A stretch of DNA of 64,000 nucleotides, from contig NW_026921197.1 in the NCBI RefSeq assembly GCF_032062105.1, forward strand, positions 1 through 64,000, read 5' to 3'. A program made the position numbers and the translations under genes. This document shows, piece by piece, positions 26,328 to 38,732 of this stretch (positions are counted from its first letter, which is position 1; each line of letters opens with the position of its first letter). Under the pieces are notes generated by a model that did not search any database, was not told where the DNA came from, and saw only the letters and a program-made list of their open reading frames with translations. The stretch is from Saccostrea cucullata (taxonomy: Eukaryota).

Positions 26328-27625
26328 ATGTTTCCAGGATACACCTCAGACGATTTGCGGAAACTGCAGGTGGAAGATCCAAAGATCAGTAGAGTACTTC
26401 ACTGGATGGAGATTGGCCACAAGCCAACATCACGTCAAATTTCAAAAGAGAACGGAGAGGTGAGAAATTATCTAAGGAAGTATCATTTCTTACAGTTCAA
26501 GAATGGTGTCTTGTATATGAACAGTAGGGGATGAGATGGGGAATGTTTGCAGTTAGTTTTACCGGAATGTCTGAGACCACAAGTAATGGAATCTCTGCAT
26601 GATTGTTCTGGACACCAGGGTCGCGAGAGAACATTTGCACTTGTGAGGAAAAGATGCTACTGGCCAGGAATGCAGGCAGACGTGATCAAATGGATCGACA
26701 GATGTGAACGATGCAAGATTATTAAGGCACCTGTTCCAACTATTCGACCATCAATAGGTAACTTGATAGCTAAACAACCATTAGACATACTGGCAATGGA
26801 TTTTACATGATTAGAAAAATCTTCAGATGGTTTCTTGTTTTGATGGACGTCTTTACGAAATTTACCATGGCAATTCCTACAAAGATTCAAAAAGCATCTA
26901 CAGTAGCTAAACAGTTAGTCTACAATTGGTTCTATAAAATTGGCATTCCGAGTCGTTTGCACAGTGACCAAGGTAGGAATTTTGAAGGTGAGATGGTTAT
27001 AGAGTTATGCAAGTTGTAAGGTATCAAAAAGTCACGCAGCACACCCTATCATCCTGACGGTAACTCGCAATGCGAGAGATTCAACAGAACGATGCATGAT
27101 AGATTAGGAACGCTTGATGCGCAGAGAAAAAGAAAATGGACGGCGTTTTTGCCAGAACTTGTTTATGTATATAAGGTTACACCTCATTCTGTTAAAGGGT
27201 TGACTCCTTATTTCCTCATTTATGGAAGAGAACCAAAATTACCTGTAGATTTCTTGTTAGGTACCAACAAAGACGATGTAAGTTACCAGGTAGACGATTG
27301 GTTGAAGTTCCACAAAGAGCATCTTAAGTACGCCTGGAGTGTTGCAGGTAAGAACACAGAGAAGAGCGCAGAAGAACGACGAGAGTTTCACGAAAGGAAA
27401 TCCACTCCTTGTTCAATTGATGTAGGATCAAAGGTCCTGATCAAAAACCTTGTACAAGGTAGGAATAAGATACAAGATGTGTGGAAATCAGATCCTTACA
27501 TTGTCGCAGGTAAGTTACAGGAAAATGTTTATGTAGTGAAGTCAGCAGATGGTAGTAATGAAACAAAAGTTCTACATAGAAACGAGCTCTTATATGAAAG
27601 AAAAGGACCTAAACAAGCAAAATAA
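26328..27625 (+). pseudogene. pol: Degenerate integrase
   Basis: LHDCSGHQG...YWPGM...CERC zinc finger; LAMDF, MDVFTKF, LHSDQGRNFE, TPYHPDGNSQCERFNRT; TPYFLIYGREPKLPVD; split by stops and frameshifts. Confidence 0.93.
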
Positions 27626-27737
27626 TATTTTTGAAAAGTCTGATTCTGATCAGGAGGTAGAGAGATAGATTATGGCTTTGAACGAATGACATTTTTTCGT
27701 ATTTTTAGAAATTGTGTATATAGTTAGTTTTAGATAC

Positions 27738-27776
27738 TTGTTGATGAGGGCATCAACAAAATTGTGCGGGGAGGAA
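27738..27776 (+). promoter_or_regulatory. Hairpin plus polypurine tract
   Basis: TTGTTGATG-AGGG-CATCAACAA stem-loop followed by GGGGAGGAA immediately before the 3' LTR. Confidence 0.75.
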
Positions 27777-28470
27777 TGTAACGGTTAATTTTGCGCATAT
27801 TAAAAGAACGCTAAACGCGCACCATACTTTATATACCGACAGTCTATTTATAGGGTTTCTGTCCTTGCGCCAGGTATTTAATTTTATTTAGAGATTATAT
27901 TATTAAAAACTTTATAAAAATTCTATTTAAATATCAAATTAGTTGTATTCTATTTTTCATTAATTTACAGTGCAGTTATTTGAATTTATATTATTATTAT
28001 TTTGTTGAGAAAATCTCTAAGATTTAAACTGGTTTGTCAAGTAATTTATTTATATTCACTGTGTTGACGCCCTTGTGTTGAATGGAACGTGTTCGAGTTT
28101 GAAAGTGATGCGTGTTAAGGTAAGAATGTTGTTCATTTTGTGTTTTATTAAACTTGAATTGTATTAAATATTATATATTTTTATCGTTTATATAATAAAT
28201 ACCGGTATATTGTTTATTTCAATGTAGAAACTACACACACAGTGTATAACTTTTCATGTATGAGTGACCGGGTGTGGCATTGCCATATTTTGGTGGTACG
28301 TGTTCAGATGAATTTAATTTCATATACTGATCCATTCCTTTATTTGTGTTTGTGTGCTCTATTGGTAATGTGTGTATATATTTTGTTTTTGTTTGTTTGT
28401 AGCTCATTGCCAATTTGATAATTTAATTTAAAATAAGGAACCTAAAAAGAAGTTGTATTGAGTCGTTACA
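27777..28470 (+). repeat. 3' LTR (694 bp)
   Basis: TGTAACGG...GAGTCGTTACA; lacks about 1.7 kb present in the 5' LTR. Confidence 0.92.
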
Positions 28471-28688
28471 TTATATTCACATAACCAAGCGCATTACACA
28501 AAATATATTCGATGGCTCCTATAATCAATGTAAAAGGGCAGTGGACAAATAGCAGGGAACTTTGGTGCTTACTTGTGTGTAAACGTTTAATAATGATGAG
28601 TCCCCGACACCCAGGGAGACCAATATAAAGCTTTTTGATGAACAATCTTTTGAAAAAGGGGTAGGAGGTACAAACCGGATTAATTGCC

Positions 28689-31600
28689 TCACAAGTGAGA
28701 TAGATTTGATAATAACGCTGTAGGGTCTCTCACGATTACAGGCTTTTTACAACACAGATAGTCGCCTGTATAATCTTTGCTGGGTGCCAGCTTCATGTTA
28801 CGAATACAAGAGAATAAACATTACCTAAAGCTCAATTGTTGACTTACCATGACGACTGGAGTTATACTTCCTACTTTTAAATCTGACCTGATCAGTGCTA
28901 TATTTCATATAAAATAATTTCACTTTAGGAACCCCTGCAATAAAAAAAAAAATATCACAATTTGTTTTTCCAGTTACTTCTCATAAAATGTCAAAAATGG
29001 TTTGGAAATATCTATGTCGTTGAGCATACCTTTACAAATGATCAACACTGCACCGACTCCAAATATAATGAACGCAGTTAGAGTGACAATCACCATTGTA
29101 AAATCAACATCATTCATGCGACTGAAAGAAAGAGAAAAATGCTTTTAAAACTTAAATTGGTTTAAAAAGTACATATTAACATTTAAATACCAAAGAATGT
29201 CTTTTTTATCATTTCACTGTACATGTACTTAGCCCCCCCCCCCCCCCTTTTTGTGAACAAAGTTATGGAATATTATTTGAAAAATCAACTATTGTTTTTA
29301 ATTAAAAGAAAGACAGCGTTGACGACCATTTTCAAATCGTTTGTAATTCTACGCTTTCCTGTGTCCATTCTTGTGTCCATTATTTAAACGAAAATATAAT
29401 TGTAAGGACAAAACAAACCTTGTATTTTTATTGGTAGTTGTGTTTGTCTTATTCGATTGAATAAAATAAACAGTGGTTGTTGCTATTTCACATTTGTTTT
29501 TGAGGTGGCGTTTACGACGACCTGTGGCAGACCTGCATTTTTTTCTTATAGGTGCTATAGATGAAGAATTTGAGGATTTAGATGTTACCTCAACAGTTGG
29601 TTGGATAGTGCTCTCAGGAACAGCTATAGACTTAATTGATTGAAAACAAGATGGATCTGCAAAACGAAAAATGTATTCCTTAAAACAGTTGGAAAAAAGT
29701 AAAGCGTAAAAGGCTGTGAACATTGAAAATTATTTTTTTTCAAAGATATATATAAGACCTCCCGGATAAATATGTTTGTTGTTTTCTATATTTTATGTAT
29801 CTTAATTAAAACATTATACCCCAAATTAGTTAGTGTATTCAAATATTATAACAAACAAACAATGAATATTCATGAATATTCATATTTACATTTAATAATA
29901 CGGAAATATTTTAATTTTTGTTTATTTTTTTTTCAAAATGAAAACAACATGTGTTTGTTAAACACTATACACCCATCAGCAATACAATTTAATATTTAAA
30001 ACGCTATTTTCAGCATATATTTCAAAGTCAAGGTCACTGACCTTGAAGTCATTTGAAAGAACTTGATTTGTAAATTATTGATATCAAATATAAAGTCTCT
30101 ATCTCTTATGGTTCAAAAGTTATGGCTAAAGTACGAAAAAAACTATTTTTAGCATACAGGTAACATTCAAGGCTACAAGGCCATTTACCTTGGTGTTATT
30201 TGAAAGAGATTTTTTGGTGAGGTATGCATGCAAAACATGAAGTCTCTATCATTCAAGGTTCAAATGATAAAGCGAAGGTTAAAGTTTTCAGATAAAAAGC
30301 TATTTTAGAATATAGATCACAGTCAAGGTTGCAAGGTCGATGACCTTGGTGTCATTTGAAAGAACTTAATTGGCGGAGTAGCCATAGCAACTATAAAGTC
30401 TCTATCTGTCATTGTTCAAAAGTTATGGTGATGGTGCAAGTTTGCAGACAAACAGACAAACAAAAAGACATACAGACAAGACAATTAAACCAATATACGC
30501 TCCGGATCTATCAATCCAGGTGCATAAATAACACCACTGATAATGCATTTGGAGTACTTACACGTTATCGATTCATTTGAATAGTAATGAAAAGGACATT
30601 CTGAACAGGCAACACTGTAATCCTCTACAATACGACCTAATCCCCCGTTGAACTGAACGCAGCATTTTCCTACAACAGATCATTTCAATGTTAATTGAGA
30701 CTCCTTAACATGCCAAAATATTTTAGTTCTTCCGAATTGTTTTGGTGAAATTCAGTTTTATTTGATTATTACATTAGGAATAAGGGGAAAGCAAAAATAA
30801 TATTAATTAATAGATATGCAGAAAAACATGAATGTTTTGAATGGATAAAATCATATCCTTTTTTCTAATTTGGCAAAATGTAAGTGCAATCAAAATCACA
30901 CCCTTGAATGTTTTTTCTAGAAAATTATTTTTTTGAAAGTTTCAGCCATTCGAAATTCGAATCTCTCATATTTTAATCGCAAATGTTACACATTATTGCA
31001 CTGGCGTCACAGGTGTATTGTTAAGCACGGTCAAGCAAAATATATATTTCATTTCCAAAACAAATAATTTATGGTGTCTCCTATCAATCCCGTTAGAATT
31101 TTAAAAATTGATAATTGATAATTGACAGGATATTTGTTATAATTTCTGCTGTTTGGATGTACAAATCAGCAAAGGAATTAAACAAAAAATGTTCTTGACT
31201 GGAGTTGCAAGGGCTTTGTCACTATTCAAAACAATCGTTTTGCCCGATCCTTTCTTCTGTACTAAATATATTCAAAGAATTAGTACCCTGGATTTTAAAT
31301 TTTCAAAAGGGAAAAAAGAGACATTTTAATGTCGCACGCACATCATCTAGTAGGGATGTTGTGAATCTTGGAAAAGTTTACAGCGCCGTCGAACGTCATG
31401 AAGAAATTATATTTCTAGTCAATAGTANNNNNNNNNNNNNNNNNNNNNNNNNNNNNNNNNNNNNNNNNNNNNNNNNNNNNNNNNNNNNNNNNNNNNNNNN
31501 NNNNNNNNNNNNNNNNNNNNNNNNNNNNNNNNNNNNNNNNNNNNNNNNNNNNNNNNNNNNNNNNNNNNNNNNNNNNNNNNNNNNNNNNNNNNNNNNNNNN

Positions 31601-33754
31601 NNNNAATGACGAAAGAACATCTAAAATGTCCATTTTTCATAAATCTTGAGGAAGGAAATTTTAGTCATTTGTCCTACATTCTTCTATTCAGTCGAAGTTC
31701 GTAGGTTTGACGGCTTCAAATTTGATCTCTTCTCTCCTTGTTGGCATATTTCTTGTTTTTTTTTCTCTCTTTAGCAGACCCTCACACATCAACGATTGAC
31801 TCTACGAGTTCTTATTGAACATTGACACCTTTTGAGTGTTTTACTTTCGAAGACCCTCTTTATTAAGAATGTTTTTCGCTTAAATATGACCATTTTCAAT
31901 ATTTTTCAATCAAATGATTACTATATCTTCATGAATGTAGACGTGCTTCATTTTTAAGACATTTAAATGCATATGATAAAAACTCATAAAATACCCATTT
32001 ATGACACTGTTTTCGTAAATGTATACCTGTGATAAAATTCCTTGGAGCACAGACTTCAATTAGTTTGTTTCCAAACCGCACACAGTGATATACTAAAGCG
32101 TCTTTGGAACAAGAATCATGCATATCTTCACACCTTCTTTCTCTTGATCTCATCCTTGTAGACTCTACATCTTCTGGGCAGAATTGAACTATTTTTCCTG
32201 TTTTAATCGTTTCGTTGCATACATCTTTCTGTATGCAAATAACATTAATTTGCTTTTAAAAAAAACATGGCATTGCAAAGTAAATACTTGAACGTAATTT
32301 TATCGCAACTGCAAAAAAAAAAAACATATTTAATTAACTTTATGTGTGTGTTTAACTATTTAACAATGGTTTTAGATCTTTGGGAACCCAACTGATATTA
32401 TCAGTTTAAATTGTACAGACAGCGTTTTACAACTGTAGGATAGAAATATATATTGTGGACCTTCAGATATCCGGACCCCAGATATTCGGATGCTTCAGTA
32501 TTCTGACGACTTTTCCTTGGAACGGAATTTGTATATGTAATTTTTCTCTTGTTTAACTGGTGATTCAGGTATCCATACTATTCACATAATCGGTCAAATT
32601 GACTGGGAATCAAAGCGCCCAGATAAATGAGGCTCCACTTAAGAACTAGTAAAGAAGCAGAATCCCCCCCCTAACAATTGGGAGGGCTGGCATCACCCAC
32701 ACAACTCCAATTCAGAAAAGTCTTTATATTAAAAAAATGATGAATTTCACTTTTTTTCAAATGAGCTTTGAGCACGACACATCCATTTCTCACGAATGGT
32801 CAAATGTAGTGAATTCAGTAAATCAATAAAAGCCCAAGGCTTCTAAGTTAATGTTCAGGAGAATCATTCACCTGCGTACTCAACAGTATCCAAAAGTCTA
32901 AATTACCATTTACAGGTATAGAAACTTCATATCACAGGTACCTTCCGAAAAACTGAGCCTCGTTTATTGGGTCTTATTCTAACCACCCTCAACATTCACT
33001 TCAAAATGCCGGGCGCTTGATAAAAGACAGTTGATACTTTTTTGTCAGTAGCAGCCAGGATTTTTTTAGCCCAGGACTTACAGATCAAGAGTTATCATTA
33101 TCATTAAGACACGAGTTTATAAGTATGGTTTTTTCGCCGTAACTTTTTGACATTTAAATCAACTGTAGCTTCTCAGTATAACCAGGAGTCATCAAATTTC
33201 AATAAAAGGCAGTACGACAACAAACTTAATGATCAAAAATTGAATATATGACCTCAAAATCAATAAAGGTTTACTCTAGGTCAAAGGAGATTGTTACATT
33301 AAATTTTATAACAAAAGCGCAAAGTAGTTTTATATCATCTGGAAATGTTGGTAGAAATACAAAGAAAGAATCACAACTGGTCAGTTAGGCAGACAGACAA
33401 AATGTGTACTTCCTCCGAAAGCGGGAGGACAGTGCATAAAAAATACCCAAACAAAATAGGGACCAGGGAGATGTCTTCCCATCTTACATGTATATCCAAA
33501 TCTCAATTGAAATTTTCAAGGGGGTCCTATCACCCTAGGTGGTGAATGATCACATTCTGTTTATATTTTGCTGTTTCAATTGAATTACTCTTCATAAGTG
33601 ATAAGAAATTTACAGAAGCTCTAATTATCGAATAATATACCCGTGTAAATCGCTTCTCTATCCTTAAATTTCTTGATTCCACATGGCATATCTGTACAAT
33701 TAATAAAAGGAGAAAAGTTGAGGTTGCGACGTAGTTACACCAGCCTGACATCAT
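28689..33754 (-). CDS. Family X gene: about 305-aa type I membrane protein with Cys-rich ectodomain; exons 33754-33641, 32228-32027, 30669-30562, 29656-29419, 29121-29030, 28934-28848, 28765-28689 (last exon uncertain)
   Basis: All introns GT-AG and phase-compatible (0,1,1,2,1,1). Signal peptide MMSGWCNYVATSTFLLLLIVQICHVES; KDVC...FCPED...RRC...SC...LVYHC...LIEVCAP...GKCCVQFNGG...AC.ECPFHYYS...YPSC; S/T stalk; TM MVIVTLTAFIIFGVGAVLIIC; short tail. Confidence 0.8.
30005..30528 (+). mobile_element. HINE with about 150-bp tandem units in an intron of the family X gene
   Basis: Three caaggtc...accttg...atttgaaaga...aagtctctatc units, CAGA/CAAA microsatellite, 3' hairpin CCGGAT...ATCCAGG. Confidence 0.65.
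32451..32641. mobile_element. Small degenerate MITE (GTGGA..TCCAC ends, GATATCCGGA repeats)
   Basis: tattgtggaccttcagatatc at left, gataaatgaggctccactta at right. Confidence 0.4.
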
Positions 33755-34217
33755 CACTCTGATTGAGATGTTTCTAGCGTCTCTTGGAACTCCTGGGCGC
33801 GCCGTCGTCAGAGGTCTGCCAAACTATGAAATCTGAAATTAAAAGAAAAAATAAATAAATAAAAACCAATAAAGAAAATATCTGTGTTTTTTTTTAATGT
33901 CTGATTTTATTTTTTTTATCCTCTCCTCGATCTGTATAGTTTTTGAATCGTATACGAGGGTTGTCCGGTAAAATCTTGGACAAAGAAAGAAAAACACATA
34001 ATAATGGTATTCTACGTCTCAAGGCGGTGGTTATCCTTGACTGGGGTCTTCATTAAAGGTCCCCATACCACGCCCATCGGGAGGGGACTTGGAATTTAAA
34101 AATATGTAAGCAGCTAAAAAATATAGACAATATTGATTATATATGCAGTTCTAAGTTTTACAGTAAAAATAAGTTTCATGTAAAAAATCTGAACTTGTAT
34201 GAACAATTATATTTATA

Positions 34218-35358
34218 ACTAGTAAACTTATTGTTCAAAGAACAATGAGACGTCTTTCCACCTTTTTAAGTGTTTCCGTGTCCTTAGGGTTGGAAAAAAG
34301 ACAAGAAAAATACAAAAAAAAAATTATTTCCAAATCAAATGGGCCCCTAGCCGATTCGAACTCGGGATCTTCAGAGTGACTGGCGATATCAAAGCACATG
34401 GATTTAAACAAAAATAGACACACGTGCGTTTTTAAATAGTACAGAAACACGTGTATTTATTTAATTTGTTTGTGATGGAACATAGAGAGGAATAATTAAT
34501 AGTTCTGAGAAAAACGATTGGTGGATAATGAAAATGCTGATTTCCTATAAAAAAATCATTTGAGTTTGTTTATAGTTTGAATAGATAGAGTTAATCATAC
34601 AGAGCTTATGATACATTCGAACATCCGTGTCGGCACTGTGTTTATTATTTGTGAAAATATAGGCGCGTTCGTTTTGACAGATATGGCGAACTCATAGGTT
34701 AGATTAAATAATCATCTCTATTTGCATTGAATTAATAGTTATGAGCATAAATTAAACTTGAAACATGAATTTCATGAAGAAAACGGTGTCACGGAGAGCG
34801 TGGAAATTTATTTTAGATGAAAAATCGCTATTTCCGAGATTCAGTGGATTAATATTTAAATCTAAATAAAATTGAAATAAATTCCATACACTTAAGAAAG
34901 CAAAAAATACTTGGTATTAAAATATCGTTATAGAGCAGGAGAATCAAATGCTGTTAACAAAAACTGAAGAAATAGCCAAAGCAGGCTTTAAATAATTTTT
35001 ATGCTCATCAGCACTTTAATTTCAGACAGAAAAAAATGTAGTTTTCGCCGATATTGAATAGAATTTTATTATACTTAAGAGACTCACCGTAAAACTCTCA
35101 GGACACTTTCTTTGAGGTGTCTTCTACATTTTAATCTGAATTTCTTGTCGATCTGTGATCTCCTTTAAGCTATACAAAATTTGTTTACGTCGCTATTGAT
35201 TTTTTTTTTTGAAGAAGGAGGGAGGGGGGTATAAGAATTTGTTTAAGAAAGAGAGTTGTAAATACCTCCCAGACAATTAGCTTGATTGTGACCTTTGGGT
35301 CATTGGGGTCAAAGGTCAAGGTCATTTAACAAGGACAAAGGTCAAGGGCATCAAAAAA

Positions 35359-35412
<54 letters not shown>

Positions 35413-37935
35413 AACTTGAGATTAACACTTGAAGCTGAATCTAGATAAAGGTAATGAATATTTCTTTATAACCTTTTGAGTAAGGGTCAAGGTCAAAGGT
35501 CAAGGTCAATGTCAAATATCAAGGTCATTTGGATTTTAAGCTTAAATTGACAATTTTTCTAGTTTTCCAATGACCTTGACCTTTGACCTTGACCTTCTTT
35601 TCAAGGTCAAAGGTCATAAAATCTCATGCACTTGGTCCTATAACTTCATCACTTGTCATTTAGAAGTTTTTTATTTGTTTTGTAAACTTTAAAACTTTCA
35701 GGAGCAATAACTCATAGAAGTAGTCACCAAATACTTTTGCCATCAATAGATTCCAGACTCCTCTCAATTAGTGGAAGACATTGGTGAAGGTCTCATACTT
35801 CTACGGTTTACGGTTTCAAAGGAGTAGCGATAACAAGCATTTCTTGCGAAAGGGGCAATAACTTTGAAAGGGGTCATAGTTCATATACGCAGGGTTTTTT
35901 GCCATAATCTCTTGAAAAGTACATTCTTATAAACTATAAATCTTTTCAAAAGGCCTTCAAACAAAAAATCGTCCGGCGGAAAAATAAAAAAATAACTAGG
36001 AGACTTATTGTTCACAGAACAATAAGAGGTCTTTCCACCTTTTTAAATTTCTTATAGTTTTATATTTTACTCTCTAATTTAATTTTAAGGAAAATGGCTT
36101 AAAAAAAAGAAAATGAAAATTAAAAAAAAAAAATTGAAATGACCTTGACCTTTGACCTTTATTAGATCTTCAAGGTCACAGGTCAAGGGTCACATTGCAA
36201 TTGACCCCATGCCTCCGTGATTTTTAGTTCTATAGTTATAAGTTTAAATATTAAGTGCAAAGAAGTTAAAGGGCAATAACTCATATAAGGGGTCATTAAA
36301 TCCTTTAGTACTTATACAATGAAGGTGTGCCTAGAGACCTTTAAGACATTAGTGAAGATTTCATGCCTCTACAGTCTACAGTTATGAAGTAGTAGCGATA
36401 AAAATGTTTTTCGCATAAGGGGCAATAACTTTTGATAGTGTCAATCTTGGGGAACAAATAGTTTTAAGAGTACATATTAATGATGCAAAGATTGTTTGCA
36501 TATGTTAAAAGACAAAAAAGATATAAAAAGGGCTTAATTTCTAATTTTTGGAATGACCTTGACCTTTGACCTTGACAAAATATTCAAGGTCAAGGGTCAC
36601 AATGCAATTGACACCATGCTTCTACCATTTATGGTTTTCAGGATACATGTACAAGGTTTAATAGTAAGTATAAAGAAGTTAAAGGGCAATAACTCATATA
36701 AGGTGTCATCAGATTCTTTTGCACTTATACAGTGAAGTTAGGTCTAAAGACCCTTAAGACATTAGTAAAGGTTTGGTGTCTCTTGGGTGTACAGTTTTGG
36801 GGGATTAGTGATAACAAGGCTTTTTGCACAAGGGGCAATAACTTTCAAAAGGTTAAATCTTAGGGGACAAGAACGATGTCTTTGAAACAATTTTAAGAGT
36901 TCATGTTAATGATGCATAAACATTAAGTATATGGTGAAAGACAAAAGAGATACGAAAAGAACTAATTTTCTCATTTTTGGAATGACTTTGACCTTTGACC
37001 TTTACATGAATTTTAATGTCAAAGGTCAATGAATCTTATGCAGTTGGTCCCATGTCTCTACAACTTCTCGTTTTGAAAATTTTTAATTATATGTAAAATT
37101 CAAAAAGTTTCAGGGGCAATAACTCATTGAAAGGGTCACCGAATACTTTCGCAATGAATAGATTGAAGAGTCCCCTTAATTAGTCAAAGACATTCGTAAA
37201 GGTTTCATACCTCTACGGTTTACGGTTTCAGAGGAGTAATGATAACAAGGGTTTTTTAGCACAAGGGGCAACAACTTTTAAAAGTGTCAATCTTAGGGTC
37301 CAAGATTTTTATCTTCTAAAGAGTTTCAAAAGTACATATTAAAGACATAAGATAGATCGTTTATGTTTAAGGACATACATGTAAGAGCTATTAAGAGAAA
37401 TTTATTTCTCATATTTGGAATGACCTTGACCTTTGACCTTGAAATGAATTTAAAGACCAAAGGTCATTGAATGTTATGCAGTTGGTTTCATGTCTCTACG
37501 TCTTTTCGTTTTGAAAATTTTTAATTTTTTGTAAAATTTATAAACTTTTAGGGGCAATTACTCATTGAAGGGGTCAAAGAAAAAGTACGCAATGAATAGA
37601 TTGAAAAGTCTCCTAAATTAGTTCAAGACAATGGTGAAAGTTTTGTATCTATACGGTTTACGGTTTCTGAGGAGTAGCGATAACAAGCTTAATGTTGAAA
37701 GGGACAATAACTGCGTAAGGGGTCGAAGTTGAAATATACGGGGTCGTTTTTCGGAATAACTTTATAATATCCAGTATCATGAACTAAAAAGTTTTTCGAT
37801 AAGTCTTACGGTCTCAAAAGCTAAGGGGAGAAATAAAATAAAAAGAAACAGAAGCATTTTAAGAGGTCTCTCCACAGAAAGGTGGAAAGACCTAATAATT
37901 CAATAGGTCTTTCCACAGAAATGTGGAAAGACCTA
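34218..37935 (+). mobile_element. Helentron-type element (outer) containing a same-family element (inner 35995-37895) with about 415-440 bp tandem units
   Basis: Two near-identical 5' ends (ACTAG..ACTTATTGTTCA.AGAACAAT...GTCTTTCCACC at 34218 and 35995) and two consecutive 3' hairpins (AGGTCT.TCCAC-AGAAA-GTGGAAAGACCT); units start ATGACCTTGACCTTTGACC at about 35570, 36139, 36553, 36982, 37420. Confidence 0.8.
35361..35409. repeat. (GA)n microsatellite
   Basis: Direct reading. Confidence 0.95.
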
Positions 37936-38647
37936 AAAAGTTCAAGTATCGTTCGTACATCAACCATGCATGAAGTTTTGACAAATGTGAATTTTAATAA
38001 AACTTTTTTGACAGGGATACATGGTAATAATAATTATGTTTTAATATTATTTTTATAATTTACTCCAAGCTCTCTGATTGGCTCATTCTTGATTACATGA
38101 TTAAGTATATTACAGCATAAAGACTTGAGTATCTATTTATAGAATACGAAATGCATATCGACTTAATAATGATTCTTAAAATGGAGGTACTTTTCTGTAA
38201 AACAAACTTTATTGAATTCACAAATACAGCTGTATAACTAATACATAGTAAGACAATATTTCTGAAAAAATCCTACAACTTGCTTTAATACTTGTTTCCC
38301 TATAATTGATGAGATGTAACAATGCCTTGTAGCCTTAAATTAGGATCTACTTTACATTAAAACATATTTCAATTGGATATGTATGTCAAATATTGATACA
38401 AAACATAATGAAAAAAATAAGCTGTATTTGAATGTGCAATTCCTCTGAACTACTCCATCAATATAAAGGATACAAATTTTGTTTTGTCAATCTATGTATA
38501 AAATAATATAACAAATGTAACCCTTTAATTCGGTCAATTCATAGATATATCGACTTTGTGCTCGGTCGATATGCCTTTCTGTGAAGTCGATATATCTATG
38601 GATCGACCTCATCAAAGGGTTATTTTCATTAATTATAAACATCTTCA

Positions 38648-38657
38648 CCCCCCCCCC

Positions 38658-38691
<34 letters not shown>

Positions 38692-38732
38692 AAAAACAAA
38701 AAAAACAAAAACAAAAAAAACACAAAAAAAAA
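38648..38732. repeat. Poly(C) followed by poly(A)/CAAAA low-complexity tract
   Basis: Direct reading; similar C-run then A-run at 18787-18827. Confidence 0.9.

Larger units (their letters stand above)
22267..28470 (+). mobile_element. Ty3/gypsy-type LTR retrotransposon, degenerate, lacking RT/RNase H
   Basis: TGTAAC...GTTACA LTRs, TTAT TSD (22263-22266, 28471-28474), PBS, PPT, gag CCHC, protease LIDTGS, integrase HHCC plus DDE motifs; many stops and frameshifts. Confidence 0.95.

Noticed and set aside
31205-31640. ORFs spanning N-runs (also 254-521, 42432-42910, 49858-50085)
   Set aside because: Length is an artefact of assembly gaps.
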